64,000 nt of DNA from Owenia fusiformis (Eukaryota): NCBI GenBank assembly GCA_903813345.2, contig CAIIXF020000001.1, positions 25,048,001 to 25,112,000 on the forward strand. Direction: 5' to 3'. The position numbers were made by a program, and so were the translations under genes. The notes under the pieces are model-generated. The model did no database searches and was not told where the DNA came from. It worked only from the letters and a program-made list of their open reading frames with translations. The stretch's first letter is position 1; the number at the start of each line of letters is the position of its first letter. This document shows positions 14,061 through 37,700 of this stretch, piece after piece.

Positions 14061-14670
14061 CTATTTTGTCGCTTTACTATCCGATTGTACTCCTGCTCTT
14101 CTTCCATCAACAACTGCATATAACCAACGTTCACAATATTAAGGGCTGCAAAGACACCCATGGTTCCCATCGTTCTGGGCAAAATATTGAAAATCTTCAC
14201 GTATGTAAATGGGCGATGGAAGGCCCGTGGGTGTACATGTACAGTTCATAAAACTACATAGGCAACAACTTCTGCTACTGGGCCAACACCCAAATTTCAA
14301 CTCGAGTGAATGTGATTACCATATATAGGACACAAAACATTATAAGAAGAAACACAGCAAGGAAAAGTGACAAAACTGGTTTAAACAATAGATTGTGAAA
14401 CTGAATAGTAAAAAACATACAAAAGACTAGAAAACAACGGGATTAAAATGTATACTGATGTAAAGAAATGAAGGGACCTGTTAATGTGTAAAATTGTTAG
14501 ATGAATGAGGATTGATCATTATAAAATAATATGATTCAAATGACTATGTTACACGTAGAACAGATGTGTATTGCCTGATATATCTTGACCAAATGATGTA
14601 TGTATGAGAAACGGCCCAACTTTCTACATTCTCAGATTGTATTGTATTGCAAACGGAGAGGACGTATTAA

Positions 14671-15074
14671 GGTTCAGCTGGAAACTAACATTTTGGTAAA
14701 AAATTGCTATACCTGCACATTTTATTTTCTGGTACATAATTAAGTATGAAGGCATGTGTGTATTTCCTTGCTTTTTTCAGGAAAGTATCATTACACCATC
14801 TACTTTTAGTAAACCTGGAAACAGGTCAATGGTAGCTCCTGTGTTGTCTGGAAACTTTGAAAGAAAATTTGGAAAAACAGGAAGTGTGAAATATCAGAAT
14901 TCCCTGGAGTTCCCTTTGAACGCCTACCAGATATTCTAAAAGTAGACAATGTAATGATACTTTCCTGAAAAAAGCAAGGAAATTGATACATGCCTTCATA
15001 CTTTATTTTGTACCAGAAAATAACATGTGCAGGTATAGCAATTTTTTACCAAAATGTTACTTTCCAGCTGTACC
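14671..15074. mobile_element. Palindromic MITE with TTAA TSD (Kolobok-like)
   Basis: ~140-bp inverted arms; TTAA|GG..CC|TTAA junctions. Confidence 0.8.
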
Positions 15075-15226
15075 TTAATGACTGTGTGAGAACTACACGG
15101 ACGTTCTTAGAATTTTATGAGGACCTACTGTGAACCTTTATAAACGGGAAGGACGTTATTGGTCGAGTTGGGTCTGTCTACGAACAGAATGAACGAGCTA
15201 CAAACGGACTAGAGTGGGGTACTCAC

Positions 15227-15473
15227 ATCCTCCTAAGCAGGTGTCCAGAATCCGTACCTCCTTCTTCCCCCTGCTATAAGCAGTTAGCATTTCCCCGATT
15301 AAGAACTCGCAATTTGATTGGCTGTCGCAACACTGCGACAGCAATCATGTATACGTCATCGGCGCATTATTAGATCACGTGATTCAGTTTAATCGGGCGC
15401 GTCCAACTTGGTTATAGCAGGGGGTAAAAAGAAAGAAGATATTCTGGATTTTGAAGCCCTGTGATCGGAGGAT
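15227..15473. mobile_element. 247-bp MITE with 10-bp TSD
   Basis: GGGTACTCAC at 15217-15226 and 15474-15483; termini ATCCTCC / GGAGGAT; internal inverted CCCCTGCTATAA / TTATAGCAGGGG. Confidence 0.75.
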
Positions 15474-16707
15474 GGGTACTCACGGCTGCAATTAACGCCT
15501 GACTACACAACGTCGTAATACGTCCCTAGTAGGATTGAAGTACGACACTTCCGTCCGTAGTGTGACCAAGTGTGCCAGGTCGTCTTAAGTACGTTGTCAC
15601 TCGTTCTGATTGCAGAACATGACGATCACCAGAAAATTTTAAGCACGCTCTAAGTTCTGGAGGACCTATACTCGTTGAGTAGTTTCATGAAGTTTGTAAA
15701 CGGATCCCAAACGGTTCTTAGTGGGTTCTTAGTACGTCAAATCCGTTCGTGCACAGTTTAAGCCCGTTTTCGAGAACGTAGTGAGAACTAGTTTGGTGTG
15801 ATAGTAGGGTTATATCGATATTAAGTAAATAGTATCGTGGGTAAGGAAACATGGGGCAAAATGGCCCTAAAATTAAATTTCAAGTTGTGTATTTTCTTAT
15901 CTGTCAATCATCGCGCACTTTGATGTTCCACTTTATTAATGGGTCGAGTCTTTTATACTTGCCAAAGACTATCTTCTGTGATTTTTCAATGGTCAAAAAT
16001 AATGTCGGGAGTGGGGCAAAACGGCCCATGAGTGGAGCAAAACGGTCAACCATCTGTTACGTGGGTTTTAAAACCAAGATTAATCAATTACACAAGACTC
16101 GTCCGCACACATCTTATCTCAGACGTTCAAACCGTTGACAGATAAAAGTATTTTCAACCCCTATCATAATTCTAGTCATTTGATATGTTTTGGAAGGAAA
16201 TAAGGTACAAATCAATTATTCTTGTACAATAAGATTTTTGTATGTTATAACCTGTGTGGGCCGTTTTGCCCCAGAGACATGTGAATTTTCAAATAGACGA
16301 CATTTTGATTTACCCAATATTTGAAGGCAGCTCAAAATTTTCACGAATAAAGAATAAATATGCATAATCTATGTAAAATGTTAATTCAAAACGTTATTCT
16401 ATATATTGTTGCCGGATTTTTTAGTGATTCTCGTGGGAGGGGTAATTTGCAAAAAATAATGGCTAAAATGGAAGAAAATAAAACTGATATAATTTTTTCC
16501 CGATTTTTTGTTACAAAATTGTTTCATCATTTCATACAACTACTCTTTACAGTGACATGGCTTTTTACAATGCATGACACCTAAAATTATTTGTAAAGCT
16601 AGGAAATGGGCCAAAAGTGAATTTCGCGAGACAAAAATGGCGACCATTTTGAAAAAAGGCGAGCTTTTGAACCAGATGTCATCGGTGATGTTGAACAAAA
16701 ATAACTT

Positions 16708-18218
16708 ACAAGAACACAAATGTGTACAAAATGTCCCCACCAAGTGGTGATCCCGTGAAATGGTTATCCTGAAAATGAGTAGACAAGACTTTACCAACAC
16801 AATTTGAGGACGGAAAATCCAAAGTGGCCACCTTAAAATTTACCCAGAATGCCAAAAATTTATTCAGTTCTAGATTTTCATACTAAGAACCACCCCTGAA
16901 AATTTGAAATTGATCCGTCACACAGTTAACCAGAAAACATGTAAACAAGACTTTACAGACAAGATTTCAGGATGGAAAATCCAAAATGGCTGCCTTGACA
17001 TTTACCAAGAATGTCAAAAAACTAATCTGTTTGTAGATTTTCATACTAAGAATCATCCCTGAAAATATGAAATTGATCTACCAAACGGTTCACCTGAAAA
17101 CAGGTAGACAAGACTTTACAGACAAGATTTTAGGACAGAAAATCCAAAATGGCTGCCTTAACATTTACGCAGAATGCAAAAAAGTAATCAGATGTAGATT
17201 TTCATACAAAGAATCATCCCTGAAAATTTGAAATTGATCTATCAAACCGTTCAACTAAAAACGCGTAGACAAGACTTTACAGGCAAGATTTTAAGACGGA
17301 AAATCCAAAATGGCTGCCTTGACATTTACCCAGAATGCAAAAAACTAATCAGTTCTAGATTTTCATAATAAGAATCATTCCTGAAAATTTGAAATTGATC
17401 TACCAAACAGTTCACCTGAAAACGAGTAGACAAGACTTTACAGACAAGATTTTAGGACGGAAAATCCAAAATGGCTGCCTTGACATTTACCCAGAATGCC
17501 AAAAAACTAATGAGATCTAGATTTTTATACTAAGAATCATCCCTGAAAATTTGAAATTGATCCACCAAACGGTTCACCTGAAAACGCGCAGACAAGACTT
17601 CACAGACAAGATTTTAGGACCGAAAAATCCAAAATGGCCGACAATAAAAAAGTCCTTATGAGTTTTTACTGATTTCTTTTTACAAAATTATCACATATAA
17701 CTACTGTTAACAATAAAGTAGGCTTTTACAGCAAAGTACATCTGAAATTATTTATAAAGCTACTAAATAGTTAAAGTATGAAAACTCAAAAACACCATTC
17801 AATATGATACAAAGTATTATCGCGCGCTAACTTTTCTTAAGACATTCAAAATGGCTGACATGACTGAGCTAGCAGGTCCAAAACCTAATCAGATCTAGAA
17901 TGAAGTGAGCTGAACAAGATGTTAAAGTTTTAAAAGCAACTGTGAAGCAGTTTTTCTTAAAGTTTGCAGACAAGGATTTTAGCATTTGACTTCTAAATGG
18001 CCGACAGGAAGTAGGTTTCGAGTTAAATTTTTTTCATCCACATCTATAGGCACTCATAAGTTATTCCTGAAAATTAGAAGGTGATACCTGTAGCGGTTTT
18101 GGAGAAAACTGCCGGACGTACGGACGGACAGACAGACAGACAGACAGACAACCAGACAGACGGACGGACGGACGCGCCTAGGACGACAATATGGCCCCAC
18201 ACTATGTGGTGGGGACAT
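16708..18218. mobile_element. Helentron-associated non-autonomous element (HINE/DINE-like)
   Basis: Subterminal inverted repeat ATGTCCCCACCA / TGGTGGGGACAT, internal tandem array, (GACA/GACG)n microsatellite and terminal hairpin CCCCACACTATGTGGTGGGG. Inserted in an A-run without a TSD; the empty-site version AACTTAAAACGGGAATCC occurs at 20371. Confidence 0.75.
16782..17640. repeat. Tandem array, ~161-bp unit, ~5.3 copies
   Basis: ACAAGACTT..GAAAATCCAAAATGGC recurs at ~16782, 16944, 17106, 17267, 17428 and 17590. Confidence 0.92.
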
Positions 18219-18552
18219 AAAAACGGGAATCCTATCGACAAAGATTTTAAAGCAAATGGTCCAAAAGTGAATTTCAAGAGACAAAAATAGCGACCATTTT
18301 GAAAATAGGCGAGCTTTTAAACCTGGAGTCATAGGAGGGTTTTCTATATTAATAGAGAGATTTCGCACATAAGTGAAAGTACAACTTATACGTATACGTA
18401 TAGTTTAAAGGGTCATGTCGAACTATTATATTTACTAAAATCAATTTTAAATTGTAGTTAATGGAACATAACGATTCCCGTTATAGAAAAGCTCCATCAA
18501 CTAGAGACTATAAATGTACTGTCATCTGCACGTGTAGATTATGCACATTATA

Positions 18553-19690
18553 CAGGGTGTCCCAAAAAAAGGAAACCAGCAATAGATTGCTTATTTCTCA
18601 AATATGAATAATGATAGGAAAATTTCACAGCTACCATCTGATAGATTATGATGTCCTCTTTCTTATGATACCAACGTTGTCTATTTTCCTTCACGGATGA
18701 CTGCATCTGGGATTTAAGTGACCATGTCAGAAATGAGTTTGTACCACTTTCAGCCAAGTCAATTTCACCATCATAACAAAGTGATCAGGTGATAGGTAAC
18801 AACAAACATCAGGATATCACTCTTTTACTCATAACCAATTAAAATTACACATATCATATTTAACTCCCCTTTTAAATCCCAATGTCCATTCAAAGTTGTT
18901 TTAAGACTGCTGATTACTATACCGGCGATTACTAGAGTGCTGCTAACTCGATAAAAGGCTGGAGTTGGCTAGAATTGTCTATGGTTCTAGCCAGGATAAA
19001 GATACCAGTTCTTCAACTCGACAATGGGAAGAACTGCTCTACCTTAGTGACTAATATGTCATGATATGACATCTAAAGAGTCAATAAAAGATATAATAAT
19101 AACCCCAGTGTCCTTCAACATGACCCCCATTCCTTTCAATCCAAATGTCTGCCATTGATCTCATCGCACGTACTGCATCCCTGATGATGTCTCTCTGTCC
19201 CCTTAGATCCTCCACTGCTGCGACAATCCTGATGTTTTCATCAGACCGAGCTGTTCTTCTTCCAGAACGTCCAGATAGAATTTCTATCTGGGAAGCGTTC
19301 TCTAAACTGATCAGCAACCTGCTGAAGGCTCCCACTTCTGAGCCACTCACTTACTACGAATACTCTTTGATCTTGGGTCAGCTGCATGAACTTGCTATGT
19401 TGAATGCTTGTTCAGAAATGTGTATTTCGAATAGGACATGGTCTTGCATAGCCATTTTAATCCCTCATTGTTCAGCCATTCATGACAGAAAAAGTGGCAC
19501 AAACCAATTTCTGACATGGTCACTTAAATCTCTTAGAACTCAGTCATCCGTGAAGAAAAATAAACACCTTTGGTATCATAAGAAAAAGGACATCATAACC
19601 TATCAGATGGTAGCTTTAAAATGTTCCTATTATTATTCATATTTGAGAAATAAGCAATCTATTGCTGGTTTCCTTTTTTTGGGACACACT
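18553..19690 (-). mobile_element. Internally deleted Tc1/mariner element
   Basis: TA|CAGGGTGTCCC start and ~200-bp TIRs. Residual transposase peptides SGRSGRRTARSDENI (N-terminal type) joined to IERNGGHVE (C-terminal type) at 19081-19350. Confidence 0.8.
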
Positions 19691-20068
19691 AATTAAATGC
19701 TTGCTTCCGTGTCCTTGTAGTTGTAGTGTATTATAAACACGATCCTTTAAAGGGAGTCATGATTCTTTAAAGTGAGTCATTACATAAACAAGTTGATTAT
19801 TTCAATATTTTCATGATCAGTATAAGTTCAATGAACTTACAAAACGGCATATTTACGTAGATGATAACGTATACAGTTGGATCTCCGTATAAAGATTTGC
19901 CTACATGTGTGTGGAACAATTGATCGCAAGCATTTTTTTTAATTAATTGGCTGAGTGGGAACAGTATCCAGTCAAATACTTTAACCATCAATTTGAAACA
20001 CCAATCAAAACCAGTAGGTTCTAGCAATTCCTGGAAACGACCAATTCAGTAGCTCAACATATGACATA

Positions 20069-20289
20069 CAAGGTGTTTCATAACGAGCATCTCCAAAAAG
20101 TCAATTTGAGAAGCGATGGGTCTATAACATATGTACTATACATGAGCCTATTTTATTCTACACAAACACATTTGGATCAACTAAACATGCTACAATTCAA
20201 GAAAGTACAAATGGCATCCCTTTGACCTGTATTCATTACAGTCCGAGAAGATCTTTCCTGACGAAAAGCTCACATTATGAAACACCTTG
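20069..20289. mobile_element. Tc1/mariner-type MITE
   Basis: TA|CAAGGTGTTTCATAA .. TTATGAAACACCTTG|TA. Confidence 0.75.
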
Positions 20290-21248
20290 TACGTTTACCT
20301 ATAAGTATAAGTATACGTTATAAGTTGTACTTTCACTAGGTGCGAAATCTCTCTGATGTTGAACAAAAATAACTTAAAACGGGAATCCTATTGACAGAGG
20401 TTTTAAAATGGGCCAATTGTTGACAGACGGACAAGTGAGTGATTGCAATAGCTCAACATGTGTGCGAAGAACATAATATTATTCGAAGAGTTTTTAGAAA
20501 ATGTTGACACCGCCAGGTTAGTCTGTCGGTTTGACCAATCAGCGATGATCACGGGGGTAAAGCAGATCCGATGATGCAATGAGCTTGCTCGGCGGTATCA
20601 TGACTGTGTAACGGGGCTTAATGTATAAGTGAGCTCGGCGGTAGATTCAAACAACGCGGATCCTCAAAGCATGTGCTCATGGTATCATTGTGGCTTAACA
20701 CCCGTGGATGATGCCTTCTCAATACATATTTGTCTTAGAACCCTGGGGGTTTCCCCTCTTATATGTGGGTAGAACGTTCATTACTTCATTAATTATTTTA
20801 ACTATAATACATGCAATAGCGTCGCATGCTGATGGGGAGCTACCCACGTCAAGAACAGTGAGGAATTTCGTAGCATATCATAGCTATGCGTATATTTAAG
20901 AGATTTGGATCTAGTTACTAGATATTTTTATATGTAAATGTCTATAACCACAGTGAAATTGACAGAATTTCATAGTTATACCTACGCTAATGCGGATTTG
21001 CGGTTAAGTACAACACAAGGAATCTAAAATGTCTAAAATATCTAGAAACTTGACCAGATCTTTCTGAAGCAATAAAAACATCAACCAGTTTGTTCAAATT
21101 TCACCACCCTGGTGTTGCATCTAACCCCGACATTAGAACTGTACAATTTTTGTCGAAAGGTATGTATAAACGGGATAAAAAGCAAGATGGATGCCATTTG
21201 GAATACTTTCATCAATTTCCTCAATAGGTTCATCCATATTGTTGTAAA

Positions 21249-21600
21249 CACTGGTGATCCACTCGATTACGCTGGTTACCGAAACGGTTTGTCGAAGGTA
21301 CGATTTTTTTCCCTTATTTCACACGTTGTAGGCAGAATTCCCACGACATTTTTATCGACAGAATCGTCGACTTAATTCCTCACTTAAGTTACATTAAATC
21401 GACAATTCTGTGGTCTTCTGAGCTATTTTTTCGCAAACATGTACATTTTCTAAAACATATGATGCTGATACACGTTTGTGAGAAAAAACGTCGTTGGGAT
21501 TCTGCCTACAACTCGTGAAATAAGGAAAAAAGAAAAATTGTACCTTCGATGTTCCACAAAATCGTTTCGGTAACCAGCGTTATCGAGCGGATCACCAGTG
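21249..21600. mobile_element. CACTG-ended MITE
   Basis: ~105-bp inverted arms CACTGGTGATCC.. / ..GGATCACCAGTG; flanks GTAAA/GAAAA (4/5 match). Confidence 0.7.
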
Positions 21601-21734
21601 GAAAAGACGTAACCAGGTGGGAACCAGTGAAAGTAGGTTAGAAACTGAATGACTATAGTCCCTTTATTAAAAAAATAAACATAATTTCCCTTATCAAAAG
21701 ACAGCATGATTCTGTCAATATAGATTACCAATAT

Positions 21735-22252
21735 CACTGTTCCACAACTGGATGACTCTAACTGCAGTTAGCTTCATTCAAGATGGTTGCCGAGATTCTT
21801 TCGTTTTCGATAAACCTCCGATTTCAGCTAAACTAAGTTGAATCTTGATTCCAAAAGTTTCGCCATGCAAATTAATAAAACTATGATTGTATTCAACCAC
21901 AAATGAATGCTCTAACACCCATAATATTAGAGAATTTTAAAGAAAACGACTTCAATTAGAATAACTCTAACTGAAGTTGATGATCTACGCCATCATGACG
22001 TCATCATCAACTTCAGTTAGAGTCATTCTAAGTGAAGCCGTTTTCTTTAAAATTCTCCAATATCGCGGTTGTTTGAGCATTTATTTGTGGTTATTTACCA
22101 TCGTAGCTTTATTAATTTGCATGGCGAAACATTTGGAATCCAGATTCAACTTATTTTAGCCGAAATCGGAGGTTTATCGAAAACGAAATGATCTCGGCAA
22201 CCATCTTGAATGAAGCTAACTGCAGTTAGAGTCATCCAGTTGTGGAACAGTG
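21735..22252. mobile_element. 518-bp fully palindromic MITE, CAC..GTG ends, 5-bp TSD (Transib-like)
   Basis: ~250-bp near-perfect inverted arms; AATAT on both flanks. Confidence 0.82.
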
Positions 22253-22666
22253 AATATAAGATGGGTAGCTTGTTCCGAGAAGCAAAACTTCAACTATTGA
22301 ACAATCCATTTGACATTATTGGACGATGAAAAGTAAGTAAGTCTATTCTGATTGGGCGTTTTGTCTCCCCAATATAAAAGTTGGGAAACTGCAGCCTTCT
22401 TGATAAATTAGGTCCTTAGCATTAAAGCTTTTCTAAGGGTTGCATCCGCTTTGAAGAACTCCTGCTTTATTAAAGGCCTTTTCAAGTCTGGGTGCTTCAC
22501 TAGTAGTGACACAAGTAACCTAATGAGTAGGTCTTAGACAACAAATTAAACTCAACTAATTGAGTATTTTAAACATATTTCACCATTTTATTGTCTCTAA
22601 ATTCATACACAGAACGTATCTGATACATGAATGCAGATAAATATGACAGACTTGCTGTTGTAGAGT

Positions 22667-34208
<11,542 letters not shown>

Positions 34209-34733
34209 GTTTGTTTATTATCTGGCCGACTTATTCTTTAGTTTGGAGAAGAACAGCGGTGAGCCAGGAGCTTGATAAAATCTTCCTGAATATTATGGAG
34301 GCAGAATCTGAAAGACCCATGCTGATTTTCAAAACGAGGTTCAAAGTAAACTCATCGATGTCGGGTGTGAAAGGTTCAATAATTATATGTCAGTTTTTAT
34401 CTTATAGAAATATTATAAGATCATTCCGTATATAATTGATAGATACAACAAATCATATTCGAAATGTACATAGATATAATTGCCTCGAAATAAGACGTGT
34501 ATATTACAATTTGATTTCTTCCTGACACTCCTTATTACTAAACTTGGGATCATCCAAATCGGTTTTTATCATTGTTGCCTAGAAAATGAGTTTAATTTTC
34601 CAATAATCGAGAACCTGCTTAATTTGTTATTGTTTAAGTGTACTTTGATGTTTTTATTAGCTCATTAGTGTATAATTTGGAATATTCATATAAACATTTT
34701 ATCGTGACGTCATTCTTCCACGTACAATCCAAG
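34209..34733. promoter_or_regulatory. Bidirectional promoter / 5'UTRs between RPS20 and TM9SF4
   Basis: Divergent ATGs at 34208 (-) and 34734 (+); CRE palindrome TGACGTCA at 34705-34712; YY1-like AAGATGGCG at 34731-34739. Confidence 0.7.
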
Positions 34734-37700
34734 ATGGCGAATGAGGTTTGTAAAAAAATTTCGGAGCTTTTTCAAATTCTTCTGCAAATTGTGTTGTCTA
34801 AAGGCAATATACACACGATTTTAATTTCAGGATTTAAGGATGATTGTCAGATTATCTTTTTAAGAATTATTATCGAATGTTACAAGTATTTTTGTTACAG
34901 AAATGTCTTCGTGGCAAATCGAAAAAATGGAAAAATCAAAAAATCTAGGCATAGACAGGCTAGTGATAGTCTAGCCTAGATCAGCACGATAGCAGAGCTT
35001 AATAAATTGAGTAATTATAAGTCTATCATTTCTCTGATTTGAACAATTTGAATGAACTTATCAAGTTATCAGATCATCGTCAGGTCCAAAGCCTCCAAAG
35101 AAGGCTTTGAGTGAAAGTTACAGCAGCCGTGGTATTCAATATTCAGGGGCGTCTGATCATATTTGAAAAGGGGGTGCATTTTCCCTGGTCATCATATATT
35201 AATAACCTGTGTTTGTCAATGGATGTGATGGATTCATTTTTAAAATTTTAGTCCGATACATCTACCACTAACATGTTCTTTCGCGAAAATACATTACAAT
35301 TTAAAAAGTAGATTTCTCGGAACATATTTCTTTCGAATGATTTCTGGAAAAAATGGATGGATGTCGACTGTCAATTTATTTTAATTGAATGCTCCTCCGA
35401 TGTTAGTTCAACAAGTTAAATCTAGTCTGGGCCTTATTTCTTATCTGACATATCTTGTGACTCGCCCTAGTTTTACCGTCCATGCCTATTTGGCCCTTGA
35501 TGCAAAAGATTTAATGGTGGCCTATTGCAGCGCATAGAATTTTATGCGCGTTTAAGTAATAACTGATTGTGAGGATTTGCTACCAATGAAAGCATAGCAC
35601 GGAAGTTAAACCCAATCACGGCAACAAGAACATTCAGATTAATAAATGAAAGCCGTGGTATTGGGTTTAACTTGTTGAACTACTCCGATGTGCTGGGAAT
35701 ATGATGAGCATATTGCCAGATAAAGTAAAACGAAAAACGTTCACAGAGAGACTACCAATTCAAATAACACCTCCCTATTTCCAAACGAAAATACTCGTTT
35801 ACAAAATTACAAAAAACACGTTCACGAATTGATTATTTTATCGTTCATTGTTGATGGATACCAACAGCCTTTTTTCAACTTCAGTGGAGTGGAATATTTA
35901 CGTCTTGAGCTTCCGGAAGTATCTCACATTCGTTAAGTAAGCCTATATTCACGAAATAATTAAAACATTATCCCTCTATGGTTGTAAAAATGAACAGGGT
36001 GAATGACAAACATTGCCAGACATTGAAAAAATTAGTGAAAACATTTCAAGTGCTATAAAGACGTCAATCCTTTCAAAAAAAGAATTTGAGCTATCTTGTA
36101 CAATCTCTTTTAATATACCAATTCCCTATGATTAGAAAAAAAGAATGGAGGGGGTAGCCAATTTCTGCTTGAAAATTCAACAAAATTGCAATATTTATTT
36201 TTTTCACGAGGAGGTTTACAAATAAATTGCTAGGTGCACGGTGTGGTGAAATCTGTATAGGTGAAATCTAGGCATTTTATGATTTTTTCTTAAACGAATA
36301 CACGACTAAAGTGGAATTTTAAATGTTTGGAATCTAAAAAATAAGCATTCAAGTACCATATTGAAACAGAATATGTAAAAATAGAAACATTTATACATGT
36401 CCTAACTTTTGTATATTTTAGTTTGTTTTGTAGTTTAGCTATCATATCTGTTAACATGGCTGAAACTCCCTAAATTACAAAAGGCCACAGCTTTACTGCA
36501 CATTATAAATAACTATCTGAAATATACAAAAGTTAGGACTTGTACGAATGTTTCCATTTTTCATATGCTGTTGCAATATAGTCATTTGATTGCTTTTTTA
36601 AATTCAAAGTAGTTCCAAACATTTAAACTTTTACTGTAAGGTGTGTGATCTAGTGTTGTCGCGATGTGCCATAATCGTACATCGATGCACTGGCAATTTT
36701 CAGCACATCGCGATGTACATCGAGAAAAAGTCTGAGAAAAGTGCACTGAAATTCCGAATGCTAATGCACTAAAATACCGAACAGAACAAATTGATAAGAG
36801 TACGCTGGTACATCCGGGAACTTCTAGTAACAGTGAAATGAAAGCAAAGTAATTTTTTTAGATTTATGGTTCATTTCAACTAGCTAAAACAGTTTTAAAG
36901 CGAAAGAATATCAGAAAACATTGGAAAATGAAATAAGACACAAGAAAGGTAAGCGATTTGCGTCAAAAAAAGATAAGAAAAGATGATTTTTGGCAAATTA
37001 ATTTTTTTTAAAACATCAATGTTTTGTTTCAGACATCGATGCATTGCCAGAATTAGCTTTGGCGATGTATATCGCGATGTATCGATTAATCGCGACAACA
37101 CTAAAAAACATGGTCCTTTATGTAATGTTGACTGATTGGCTACAATTTCATAAAAAAAATATTTATATATATTGTTTTTTGTTCCTTTCTACCAATTCTT
37201 GAGAATGAAATAAAATGTCTTTCCGAACCTTGTTGGAACAAAATAGCATATACAACATTTTTATAGACCTCTCAATATTATAGTTTTACAAAGGAAATTT
37301 TGGTTGATTTAACAAAAAGTAAGCAAAAACTAAAAACAAAACCCCCAAAATAGATAAAAATTAGATAAATCTTTTATTTCATTAAAAAGATACTTTTTTA
37401 AAATCAACCAAACTTTCCTTTGTACAATTGCAATATTGAGAGACCTAAACATGTTGTGTTTATGTCGTTTTGTTCCAATGATGTTCAGATAGATGTTTCA
37501 TTTTATTCCGAACATATGATACCAAGAACGAAAAGAGTGTCTGATGTGTTTTCTAAAACAATATAGAGAAAAGAATATATGTAAAATTCAAATTATAATG
37601 CTACCATCCAAAAGATGACCATTAAATTGACGATGTGTAAAATTTTCAGAATGTTTTGATGACTGGTCTAAGAGGAACGTGTGTTCAAAAAGTTCACCAT

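Larger units (their letters stand above)
9791..15809. mobile_element. Degenerate PIF/Harbinger DNA transposon
   Basis: TIRs CTATCACACCAAACTAGTTCT / AGAACTAGTTTGGTGTGATAG; TTA on both sides (9788-9790, 15810-15812). Contains remnants of both a transposase and a Myb/SANT-like ORF. Confidence 0.88.
18354..20354. mobile_element. ~2-kb TIR element hosting two mariner-type insertions
   Basis: AGAGAGATTTCGCAC.TA.GTGAAAGTACAACTTATA..GTATAC is inverted at ~20311-20354, and the element interrupts a repeat unit that resumes at 20355. Confidence 0.65.

Noticed and set aside
16782-17640. CRISPR-like array (also 41420-42740)
   Set aside because: Contiguous tandem units with no unique spacers, no cas genes, and a eukaryotic context.
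19145-19696. 183-aa plus-strand ORF
   Set aside because: Antisense to mariner remnants and running through the TIR; no recognisable protein.
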